DNA from: Methanosalsum zhilinae DSM 4017
Lineage (GTDB): Archaea; Halobacteriota; Methanosarcinia; Methanosarcinales; Methanosarcinaceae
DNA: 32,000 nt
Assembly: GCF_000217995.1 (NCBI RefSeq)
Contig: NC_015676.1
Span: 256,103 to 288,102, forward strand
Reading direction: 5' to 3'
Part shown: one piece after another, positions 10,821-21,410 of the stretch
Position numbering within the stretch: position 1 is the first letter of the stretch
Layout: every line of letters starts with the position of its first letter
The notes under the pieces: model-generated
Databases searched by the model: none
What the model saw: only the letters and a program-made list of their open reading frames with translations
What the model was told of the DNA's origin: nothing
Program-made: the position numbers and the translations under genes

Positions 10821-10893
10821 GGGCTTGTAGATCAGCTGGAAGATCGCTGCCTTTGCAAGGCAGAGGCCCTGGGTTCGAGTCCCAGCAAGTCCA
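10821..10893 (+). tRNA. tRNA-Ala (anticodon UGC) in the 16S-23S spacer
   Basis: Cloverleaf folded by hand. Acceptor GGGCTTG/CAAGTCC carries the G3:U70 alanine identity pair. Anticodon arm is CTGCC-TTTGCAA-GGCAG and T arm is CTGGG-TTCGAGT-CCCAG. No CCA is encoded. Confidence 0.95.
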
Positions 10894-10992
10894 TTCATTA
10901 AGTGCACCGGGTAAGTGATGTTATCCGGGAAGGACGGAAGTGTTCTTATCTAACCTGTAAGAACACGGTGAAGTCGTGTATAGGATTGTATG

Positions 10993-11046
10993 GTATAAAT
11001 TACAAAGTATACCAGACGCTTACTGGAATGTGTAAGCTACTGGCAG
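10993..11046 (+). other. 23S pre-rRNA processing stem, 5' strand
   Basis: Pairings: GTATAAATTAC (10993-11003) with 14019-14029, GTATACCAGA (11007-11016) with 14004-14013, CTGGAATGTGTAAG (11023-11036) with 13984-13997, and CTGGCAG (11040-11046) with 13973-13979. An internal loop CTA / AACA lies between the last two helices. Confidence 0.7.
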
Positions 11047-13972
<2,926 letters not shown>

Positions 13973-14029
13973 CTGCCAGAACACTTGCACATTCCAGGCG
14001 AAATCTGGTATGCTTCAAGTAATTTATAC
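13973..14029 (+). other. 23S pre-rRNA processing stem, 3' strand
   Basis: CTGCCAG-AACA-CTTGCACATTCCAG...TCTGGTATGC...GTAATTTATAC, complementary to 10993..11046 with two G:U pairs. Confidence 0.7.
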
Positions 14030-14053
14030 CCGCAATCCCCTACACGACTGAAA

Positions 14054-14070
14054 GGAAAGTTTATATCGAT
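14054..14070 (+). promoter_or_regulatory. Candidate internal promoter for tRNA-Cys / 5S rRNA
   Basis: GGAAAGTTTATATCGAT is the closest match in the window to archaeal BRE + TTTATATA. The TATA centre is ~42 nt upstream of the tRNA-Cys 5' end and lies outside (3' of) the 23S processing stem. It shares AAAGYTTATAT(A)CGAT with the upstream rRNA promoter candidate. Confidence 0.45.
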
Positions 14071-14104
14071 TGCGTACCAATACACCAACCCGGTACACTA
14101 GTGC

Positions 14105-14176
14105 GCCAAGGTGGCGGAACGGCTACGCAATCGCCTGCAGAGCGATACCATTCCGGTTCGAATCCGGACCTTGGCT
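14105..14176 (+). tRNA. tRNA-Cys (anticodon GCA) between 23S and 5S
   Basis: Hand-folded. Acceptor GCCAAGG/CCTTGGC, anticodon arm ATCGC-CTGCAGA-GCGAT, T arm TCCGG-TTCGAAT-CCGGA, discriminator U73 (a Cys identity element). No CCA is encoded. Confidence 0.95.
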
Positions 14177-14235
14177 CTATAACACATCCATCCACTTTCG
14201 TCTAAACTTATACATACACACTGACCGGTTCGAAT

Positions 14236-14354
14236 CTGGCGGCCATAGCGGCAGGGTAACTCCTGTACCCATCCCGAACACAGAAGATAAGACTGCCAGC
14301 GTTTCACCCTGTACTGCGGTGCGAGAGCCCACGGGAACGGTGAACCGCTGCCAG
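14236..14354 (+). rRNA. rrf: 5S ribosomal RNA
   Basis: Helix I pairs CTGGCGGC (14236-14243) with GCTGCCAG (14347-14354). The internal sequence CCTGTACCCATCCCGAACACAGAAGATAAG is typical of Methanosarcinales 5S. About 119 nt. Confidence 0.9.
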
Positions 14355-14373
14355 GTTCAACCTAAATTACTAA

Positions 14374-14402
14374 TTTTTGGTCTAATTCATGGCGTAATTT
14401 TT
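14374..14402 (+). terminator. Oligo-T tracts downstream of 5S (putative rRNA operon terminator)
   Basis: T5 at 14374-14378 and T5 at 14398-14402, inside a repeated TAATTTTT motif. Archaeal RNA polymerase terminates at oligo-T. Confidence 0.4.
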
Positions 14403-14515
14403 ATAGTAATTATCAAATTAATAGTTGCATCCAGTTGATTATTCTACCTGTTCTGCATGTTCCATATTCGGTGGTTGATATATGTTATATATCATCAGTA
14501 TTATCTACTGATTCC

Positions 14516-15982
14516 ATGTCATCGTCGTTTGAAATATTAAAAAGGTGTGCTTCAGGAAGAATTGGTAAACTTACAACACCACACGGAGTTGTGGAAACTC
14601 CAACAGTAATGCCTGTGATAAACCCCAATATCCGGCTGGTGTCCCCATCAAAAATGAAAGATATGGGTGCAGAGATCCTTATAACAAATTCCTATATTAT
14701 ATATCGAAGTAAAAAACTCGCAGATCATGCCCTTACCAGAGGGCTGCACAGTTTGCTGGAATATGATGGTCCCATAATGACTGATTCTGGTTCTTTTCAG
14801 CTGTCGGTGTATGGTGAAGTGGAAGTAACTAATGAACAGATAATTGATTTTCAGCACAAAATAGGTTCTGATATTGCGGTACCTCTGGACATTCCAACAC
14901 CACCGGATGTATCCCGTGATAGGGCTGAAGAGGAACTTGAGATAACAACCGAACGTTTAAAGAATGCACGTAATCATCTAAGTGGATCAACTTTGCTGGC
15001 AGGACCTATCCAGGGTTCTACATACCGTGATCTGAGGACAGAAGCTGCAAAAAAAGTATCTGAAATAGGCTTTGATATATACCCTATAGGTGCTGTAGTA
15101 CCCCTGATGGAATCATACCGTTATGCTGATCTGGTTGATGTGATCGTTTCTTCAAAAATGGGTTTAAATCCATCTTCTCCAGTCCACCTTTTCGGAGCAG
15201 GACATCCCATGATGTTTTCACTGGCAGTGGCAATGGGATGTGATCTGCTGGATTCTGCAGCTTATGCACTGTATGCAAAGGATGAACGCTACATCACACC
15301 ACATGGAACATTTCATCTGTCCGGTTTGAAATATCTCCCATGTTCCTGCCCGGTATGCCAGAGTTATACTCCTGATGAGATAAGGAATTCAGATGATCCG
15401 GTAACCCTGCTGGCAGAACACAACCTATATACAACCTTTGAAGAGATCCGCAGAGTAAAACAGGCGGTATATGATGGCAATCTTCTTGAACTTGTGGAGA
15501 TGCGATGCCGTTCTCATCCACGCCTGCTGGAAGCTCTTGAGAGGATATATTCCTATTCAGATTGGCTTGAAATATACGATCCGATCTCAAAATCCACCTT
15601 TTTTTACTGTGGTCCAGAATCTGCAAAAAGGCCTGAAGTGATACGGTTTTCTAAGAGGATGGAACGATTGAACATTGATGGATCTGCTATTATACGTCCT
15701 GCAGGCAGCAATATCAAAAACACTTCTGATTTTGACCATATGCTGGAATTTAAACCGCCTTTTGGTGCATACCCTGTTGAACTGGGTGAAGTATACCCTT
15801 TCAATGCAGAATCTCCTTCTGTACATGGACCCGAATCCCTTGGAGTGGCCCTTGAGAATACCATACGCCTAATTAAACTCAACCCAGATGCTGAATTTAC
15901 ATTTATGAAACCGGATCATATGGAGCATCCAATACTCGAAAAGCTCTCGTCAATTGCAAATATTGTTAATTTTTCACAATGA
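14516..15982 (+). CDS. tgtA: tRNA-guanine(15) transglycosylase (archaeosine TGT), short form
   Basis: Homology begins at MSSSFEILKRCASGRIGKLTTPHGVVETPTVMPVINPN (ATG at 14516). Contains IMTDSGSFQ and the zinc site CSCPVC...H. At 488 aa it is ~90 aa shorter than PUA-containing ArcTGTs. No SD, and an AT palindrome/TATA sits ~25-30 nt upstream, suggesting a leaderless mRNA. Confidence 0.88.
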   Translation: MSSSFEILKRCASGRIGKLTTPHGVVETPTVMPVINPNIRLVSPSKMKDMGAEILITNSYIIYRSKKLADHALTRGLHSLLEYDGPIMTDSGSFQLSVYGEVEVTNEQIIDFQHKIGSDIAVPLDIPTPPDVSRDRAEEELEITTERLKNARNHLSGSTLLAGPIQGSTYRDLRTEAAKKVSEIGFDIYPIGAVVPLMESYRYADLVDVIVSSKMGLNPSSPVHLFGAGHPMMFSLAVAMGCDLLDSAAYALYAKDERYITPHGTFHLSGLKYLPCSCPVCQSYTPDEIRNSDDPVTLLAEHNLYTTFEEIRRVKQAVYDGNLLELVEMRCRSHPRLLEALERIYSYSDWLEIYDPISKSTFFYCGPESAKRPEVIRFSKRMERLNIDGSAIIRPAGSNIKNTSDFDHMLEFKPPFGAYPVELGEVYPFNAESPSVHGPESLGVALENTIRLIKLNPDAEFTFMKPDHMEHPILEKLSSIANIVNFSQ

Positions 15983-16048
15983 TTTGACTGGTATGATAAC
16001 AAGACTAATATATAATACTGAAATCTAGGGATAGTACTGGTGGTATAA

Positions 16049-16990
16049 GTGGTATCTACAAAAGAATCAAAGCCAATGAACCCATATCTAGAAATGCTGA
16101 GACCTGAAATAGCTGATATGGATATTGCACTTCCGGCTGCAAGTGCTCTTCTGGCATCATATATAGCAATGCAGTCATTCCCTCCACTCATTCCTTTTAT
16201 TATTGCCATTATAGGGGGATATGCAGCAATAACCAGTTCATATGTTTACAATGATTGCTGTGATGTGGATATTGATCAGGCTAACCTGCCAAACAGGCCA
16301 CTGCCTTCATCAAGGATTACCAGGAAACAGGGACTTATATATTCTTTTGTTCTGGTCTGTATTGCGTCGATAGCTGCTCTTTATCTAAATCCTGAATCCT
16401 TTGTAGTTCTTTTATTTGCAGTGCTTACCATCAGCTTATATTCTAAAATCGCAAAGAGAAAAACTCCATTAAGCTTTGTTCCTGTTGGTATAGCATATGG
16501 ACTGGTTCCAATTGGTATATGGCTTGCATTTGATCCGGCAGGAGTCCTTAAGGGAACATCTGAATCACTTCTACCGCTTCCTGCAATATTTCTTGGCATC
16601 ATGATGTGTGTTACTGACTGGGGATTTACTCTGTCTGGTGTATCCCGAGATGTTGAAGGTGACAGGGCAAATAATGCACCGACACTTCCTGTTAAGTTTG
16701 GTGTACCCTTTACTGCAAAATTTGTAACAAGCTGCTGGCTGGTAGGTGTTATTGCTTCATTTGTCATTGGATGGACAGCTCACCTTGGTCCAATCTTTTT
16801 TATAGGTGCCCTGCTGGGAGGCTTGTGGATGCTTTATCAATCATTTGATTTTGTCAAGAATCCTCTTCCAGAACGTGGTGGCAAGCTTTTCATTCAGGGA
16901 TCCAGGTATCGGGGTGTAATGTTTGGATCACTGATAGTTGATGTGATTCTTTCAATAATGCTGACAGGATATTCAGCAATTCTATGGTAA
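16049..16990 (+). CDS. UbiA-superfamily prenyltransferase (DGGGP-synthase / chlorophyll-synthase-like subgroup)
   Basis: 313 aa with ~8 TM segments. First Asp-rich motif YNDCCDVDIDQANLPNRPLPS and second motif SRDVEGDRANNAPTLPV. GTG start at 16049 has GGTGG 5 nt upstream; the alternative ATG is at 16076. Confidence 0.85.
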   Translation: MVSTKESKPMNPYLEMLRPEIADMDIALPAASALLASYIAMQSFPPLIPFIIAIIGGYAAITSSYVYNDCCDVDIDQANLPNRPLPSSRITRKQGLIYSFVLVCIASIAALYLNPESFVVLLFAVLTISLYSKIAKRKTPLSFVPVGIAYGLVPIGIWLAFDPAGVLKGTSESLLPLPAIFLGIMMCVTDWGFTLSGVSRDVEGDRANNAPTLPVKFGVPFTAKFVTSCWLVGVIASFVIGWTAHLGPIFFIGALLGGLWMLYQSFDFVKNPLPERGGKLFIQGSRYRGVMFGSLIVDVILSIMLTGYSAILW

Positions 16991-17024
16991 ACAGGTTATG
17001 AACTCTAGTGGAAGTGTTTGAAAA

Positions 17025-18197
17025 ATGACATCTGATCGTGTTGATGCAGATATTATTGTGATTGGCTTATCGCCTGCAGGCATGATGGCTGCCAGAAATG
17101 CCTCAAGAGGTGATGCCAAAGTTACTGTTATAGACAGAAAGGAAGAACCTGGTATACCTCCCCATCCTGCAAATACTTTTTTCAGGGCAATGATTGATAG
17201 AGCAGGCGAGGAGATTGATGAGAGATATGTTATACACAATCTCAGAGGTGCCAGAATAGTAGCTCCATCTGGCAGTAGTGTTGTTGTCGAATCCCCGGGA
17301 TATTTCATTGATCGTACAATGTTTGATAAAATATATGCTAAGAAGCTGCAGGAGGAAGGTGTGGATATCAGAATGGGAATTGAAGCATATAATGTGATAC
17401 GCGGTCAAAATTCATTTACTGTGAGCACATCAGAAGGTTCCTTAAGTTCAAAAATTGTAATTATTTCAGATGGTATTAATTCCAAAATGGCCAGTCTTCT
17501 TGGTATGAGACCTGTAAAACATCCTCAGGATATAGCATGGGCGATGGAGGCTGAGGTAAATGCTGATGGTATAGGCAGCCAGGATCTCTTTGAGTATTAT
17601 GTGGGCAGTATAGCTCCTGGATGGAAATCTACATATTCTCCATGCGGAGGAGACCGGGCAACACTGGGAGTCTATGTTAGAAGAAATGGAACTGATGTAT
17701 CCTCGTTCTTTGACAGATGGGTTGATAAGTTCAAAAAAGATAAAGGAATCTCAGATCTGGAGGTTGGAGAGCGCAAAACCGGGGGTGACCCGATAGCAAC
17801 AATTCCTTCACAGGTCGTAACGGATGGTGTTATGATTACAGGGGGTGCCGCAGGTCAGTCAGGTATTGGCTATGGAATGCGCTCAGGACAGATGTGCGGA
17901 GATGTGGCAGCAGAGGCTATCAAAAAAGGAAATGTTTCTGCTGATTTTCTATCGGAATACAAAAAAAGATGGAATCGGGAATTCAGATCTGAATATTATC
18001 TTGGACGCCTGGCACTTGAAACTCTTAGAAAGATGGAAGATGATGAAATTAATTCTCTCATGGAGACCTTTGAAGATCAGGACATCTCAGATATTAAGGG
18101 CAGCCCTATACAGAAGGCATTACATACAGGCTCTATAATGCTGAAGAAGAATCCAGGATCCATATTGTCCATGAGGTCAATATTTAGAAGAAAATAA
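17025..18197 (+). CDS. FAD-dependent oxidoreductase, divergent geranylgeranyl-reductase family
   Basis: 390 aa. N-terminal dinucleotide fold DIIVIGLSPAGMMAARNASRGDAKVTVIDRKEE and overall GGR-like length. The usual GDAAG-type segment reads ITGGAAGQSG, and I see no RCGE-like Cys segment near residue ~45. Confidence 0.75.
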   Translation: MTSDRVDADIIVIGLSPAGMMAARNASRGDAKVTVIDRKEEPGIPPHPANTFFRAMIDRAGEEIDERYVIHNLRGARIVAPSGSSVVVESPGYFIDRTMFDKIYAKKLQEEGVDIRMGIEAYNVIRGQNSFTVSTSEGSLSSKIVIISDGINSKMASLLGMRPVKHPQDIAWAMEAEVNADGIGSQDLFEYYVGSIAPGWKSTYSPCGGDRATLGVYVRRNGTDVSSFFDRWVDKFKKDKGISDLEVGERKTGGDPIATIPSQVVTDGVMITGGAAGQSGIGYGMRSGQMCGDVAAEAIKKGNVSADFLSEYKKRWNREFRSEYYLGRLALETLRKMEDDEINSLMETFEDQDISDIKGSPIQKALHTGSIMLKKNPGSILSMRSIFRRK

Positions 18198-18209
18198 ACC
18201 GGTGATCGG

Positions 18210-19364
18210 ATGAAATATTATCTCTATAAAAGCCCATTTTTTAAAGTTTATGCAGAGATGGATGACGGGATAGTTAGGATAGGTACCCGAGGGCTTGTAT
18301 CGTCATTTGTAAAACCTATGCTTAAAGATATGCTGGACATTTTTGATGGGGCAAAGCCAGCAAAAGTAGGTACTCAGGAATTGATATTTTCTACATGGAT
18401 GCCTCCCATTCCAGGAACTCCTTTTGATCGCCTTGTTTCCAGTCAGGTAGGTTCTGTTAGGGGAAAAATGATCCCTGAGCAAGTAACTATATCTATAACT
18501 GAAGAATGCCCAAATGAATGTGTTCACTGCGCACTTCCGGATACTAACAACAAAGAATATCTTTCACCTGGTATGGTCAAAGATGTGATAGATCAGGCAT
18601 TGAAAATGGGGACCACCCTGATTATATTTGATGGAGGTGAACCATTGCTTTATGGCGGGCTGGAAGACCTGATTTCACATGTTGACCGCAGCAGAGCGAT
18701 ATCTACTATCTTTACATCGGGTACAGGGCTTACAGAAGAAAAAGCTCTGTCTCTTAAAGAAGCAGGTCTTTATACTGTAAATGTCAGTCTGGACAGTGCA
18801 GATCATGAAAAGCATGATGTCATGCGAGGCCGAAAAGGGGTCTACAATGACGCAATATTGGCGATTAAAAACTCTATTAATGCAGGTCTTCTTGTGAATA
18901 TATATGTTGTTCTGTCTCCACAGAACATTGATGAGCTTGATGATTTTTATAATCTTGGTAGAGAACTGGGAGTACATGAGATATCTTTCTATGAAATAGT
19001 CCCTGCAGGCAGATGGATAAATAAACTTGATAATATTCTGTCATCTTCTGACCATGGAAAACTGGAAGACTTTGTTGAAAGGACACGTAACTCAGAAGGG
19101 CCTCGTATATTCTCAATACCCCATGCAATGAGATCAACCGGGTGTTTTGCAGGCCGAAAATGGGTTCATATCTCTCCTCAGGGAGATGTATTTCCCTGTG
19201 CATGCATTCCCCGTTCTTTTGGAAACATACATGAACATACTCTGAGCAAAATATGGAAAAAAATAGGGAAAGATGAGGTATTTTCCCGAAAAACCACTAT
19301 GTGTCATATGCGCAATCCTGATTTCAGGAAAAACTATCTGGGTCTTGTGGATAATGAAAAATAA
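18210..19364 (+). CDS. Radical SAM enzyme with C-terminal SPASM/twitch-like Cys motif
   Basis: 384 aa. CxxxCxxC is CPNECVHC at residues 100-107 (nt 18507..18530), after an unusual ~95-aa N-terminal extension. The C-terminal CFAGRKWVHISPQGDVFPCAC fits Cx12Gx4C. A strong SD (GGTGATC, 18201-18207) precedes the ATG. Confidence 0.85.
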   Translation: MKYYLYKSPFFKVYAEMDDGIVRIGTRGLVSSFVKPMLKDMLDIFDGAKPAKVGTQELIFSTWMPPIPGTPFDRLVSSQVGSVRGKMIPEQVTISITEECPNECVHCALPDTNNKEYLSPGMVKDVIDQALKMGTTLIIFDGGEPLLYGGLEDLISHVDRSRAISTIFTSGTGLTEEKALSLKEAGLYTVNVSLDSADHEKHDVMRGRKGVYNDAILAIKNSINAGLLVNIYVVLSPQNIDELDDFYNLGRELGVHEISFYEIVPAGRWINKLDNILSSSDHGKLEDFVERTRNSEGPRIFSIPHAMRSTGCFAGRKWVHISPQGDVFPCACIPRSFGNIHEHTLSKIWKKIGKDEVFSRKTTMCHMRNPDFRKNYLGLVDNEK

Positions 19365-19410
19365 TGGCTCTATGAAATTATATGTTAAAAAATAATTAAG
19401 TTTAGATATT

Positions 19411-19471
19411 GGGATCCTGATCATCGCAATTTGAGTTATTGACATATGCAATTACTTTTTTGCAGGATCCC
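19411..19471. terminator. 9-bp inverted repeat with flanking oligo-T tracts in a convergent intergenic region
   Basis: GGGATCCTG (19411-19419) and CAGGATCCC (19463-19471). T6 at 19456-19461 on the plus strand and T5 (complement of 19472-19476) on the minus strand. Lies between the convergent radical SAM and coiled-coil genes. Confidence 0.35.
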
Positions 19472-19488
19472 AAAAATATAGGTATTGA

Positions 19489-20346
19489 TCAAAGCATTCC
19501 TGCTTTCTGAAGTAGCATCAAATTCTCTGTAGTAAGCTTCTCGCCCTTCTTGAATTTATGGAAAATATCTTCTGCATCTTTTCTGATATCTTCTCTGGAA
19601 ACTTCTCTGCGTCCAACAGTTTCTGTCTTTTTCAGTTTGCGAAGTTCCTTGTCGATTTCACGGATTTCCTTCTGAGCATTGATGAATTTCTTGTGCTGTT
19701 CATCAGCAGATTCCTGGAATCTTACAAATTCTCTATGTGCAGCATCAGATTCTGCCCGTATCTTATCGGCTTCTTTGAAGGTGGCAATCATCTTGTCATG
19801 ATATTCCTGAGCCTTCTGTGCATGCTCCGTTAGTTTTGTATGATATTCAGAAGCATTGTCTCTGATGGCCTGCGCTTCGGTTAATAACTCTTTGAGTTCA
19901 CTGTTGCTCTCAAGCTGTTCTTTTTTTGCAAGGTAGAGTTTCTGAAGATCGGCAATCTTATTTACAATTTCCCTTTCTTTGGTAGGTGTCAGAACCTCTG
20001 TCTGCTGTGCAAATTCCAGACGGTCAATATCCCGCCTGATCTCTTTCATAGAAGGCCCACCCAGATTATTGGCGCTTCTTATGGAATCAACCTTTGCAAA
20101 AAGTTCATTTGCCTTGGCATTGATCTCATCACGCTTGTTCTTGTTGGCTTGCACTTCATCATTGTGCCCGTCACGCAACTTTTTATATTCCTGAGCTTCG
20201 TTTATCAGCTCTTTTGTTTTTTTGTTCAGCTCATTTCTTTTTGCTGCAAGAGAACTAGCCTGTGAGTTGAGTTCGTTTCGTTTTTCCTTGCATTCTTCTG
20301 ATAACTTCTTCAGTTCTTTCCTTTTTTCGTTCAGTTCTTTTAACAT
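19489..20346 (-). CDS. Archaeal coiled-coil protein (COG1340-like)
   Basis: 285 aa, almost entirely heptad-like and K/E/N/A-rich (MLKELNEKRKELKKLSEECKEKRNELNSQ...) with two long helical halves. Lies 52 nt downstream of serB on the same strand. Confidence 0.7.
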   Translation of the reverse strand: MLKELNEKRKELKKLSEECKEKRNELNSQASSLAAKRNELNKKTKELINEAQEYKKLRDGHNDEVQANKNKRDEINAKANELFAKVDSIRSANNLGGPSMKEIRRDIDRLEFAQQTEVLTPTKEREIVNKIADLQKLYLAKKEQLESNSELKELLTEAQAIRDNASEYHTKLTEHAQKAQEYHDKMIATFKEADKIRAESDAAHREFVRFQESADEQHKKFINAQKEIREIDKELRKLKKTETVGRREVSREDIRKDAEDIFHKFKKGEKLTTENLMLLQKAGML

Positions 20347-20398
20347 CTCTTATTTGACCTCCCTGTCCAGCAATAAATTGCTGGCATTTCATGCATTT

Positions 20399-21091
20399 CT
20401 AATGCACGATCCTGAGCTCAACTCCTGTATCAATTGCCTTGATCACAGGAATTACTGCTCTTAAATCTTTTTTTATAATTACCACATCTGCGTAGGGACG
20501 CAGAATAGGTTTTGGATTAAATGCAATTGCATATTTAGCCCTTTTGAATATACATATGTCGTTGGCACCGTCGCCGACAACAATACATTCATCTGGAGCC
20601 ATATTATTGGCAAAAGCTATCTGCTCAAGCATTTTTTCCTTTGAATTCTGAGTTGTAAGTGGTCCTCTGACTTCACCGGTCAGCTTTCCGTCTCTGACAA
20701 CCAGTTCATTGGCAAAGATATGATCTATACCAAGCATCTCGCCAACATCGTCTGCTGCCAGTCTGAACCCACCGGATAACATTGCTGTTATATACCCTGC
20801 AGATTTTACATGTTTTATAAGCTCCCTGGCACCTGTCATTATTGGCATGTCCCTGACTGCTCTTTTTGCGTCTTCGAGTTCGAGTCCTTTCAGGAGTTTC
20901 ACCCTTTCCTTTAGTGCCTGAGAGTAATCAATCTTGCCTTCCATTGCATCTTCTGTGATCCGAGACACCTCATCCAATACACCTGAGATTTTAGCAAGTT
21001 CGTCAATGGTCTCAGCATCAATGAGAGTGCTGTCCATGTCAAAAACAATTAATTTTTTCTCTGTGTCTATAGACCGGTTAGTACAGTTCAC
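20399..21091 (-). CDS. serB: Phosphoserine phosphatase (HAD superfamily)
   Basis: 230 aa. HAD motif I FDMDSTLI, followed by ETIDELA, SGGF and GDGANDI. GTG start at 21091. Confidence 0.85.
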   Translation of the reverse strand: MNCTNRSIDTEKKLIVFDMDSTLIDAETIDELAKISGVLDEVSRITEDAMEGKIDYSQALKERVKLLKGLELEDAKRAVRDMPIMTGARELIKHVKSAGYITAMLSGGFRLAADDVGEMLGIDHIFANELVVRDGKLTGEVRGPLTTQNSKEKMLEQIAFANNMAPDECIVVGDGANDICIFKRAKYAIAFNPKPILRPYADVVIIKKDLRAVIPVIKAIDTGVELRIVH

Positions 21092-21410
21092 TTGATCAAA
21101 CCTGAATTTTAGAAAATGGTATGGATAGTATTTGAGCAGTTATTATTTAACTGGGTTTGTGGGAACAATTGCTCACATCATTTTTAACCCTTTCGCCAGA
21201 AACAATACTTTGCTGGCACAATCTCAGATGAGAATTCAAAATATATCTATATAAAATCAATGTATATTTTTCTTACGGGTATCAGACAGTATTGGTGTTC
21301 ATATTTGTAATATTGTTATTTGTTGTCCGTGCATTTACAATGGGTAATTGGATATAGATTTTTCCAAAAAGAATATATGCTAATTGGATAATTGCATTAT
21401 GTGATTTATT

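Noticed and set aside
14177-14245. A complete tRNA-like fold upstream of 5S
   Set aside because: Only the T-arm copy is present. I found no sequence complementary to CGGCCAT that could form an acceptor stem, so I report only the T-arm duplication.
14435-14515. 27-codon N-terminal extension of the tgtA ORF
   Set aside because: The extension (MIILPVLHVPYSVVDICYISSVLSTDS) runs through the AT-rich palindrome/TATA region. Homology to ArcTGT begins at the Met at 14516.
16381-17408. Minus-strand ORFs antisense to the UbiA and GGR-like genes (128, 108 and 101 aa)
   Set aside because: They are shadow ORFs within genes that carry clear catalytic motifs on the plus strand.
19558-20464. Plus-strand ORFs (71-91 aa) antisense to the coiled-coil gene
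   Set aside because: The antisense of a K/E-rich heptad gene gives long Phe/Leu/Ser-rich open frames by composition alone.
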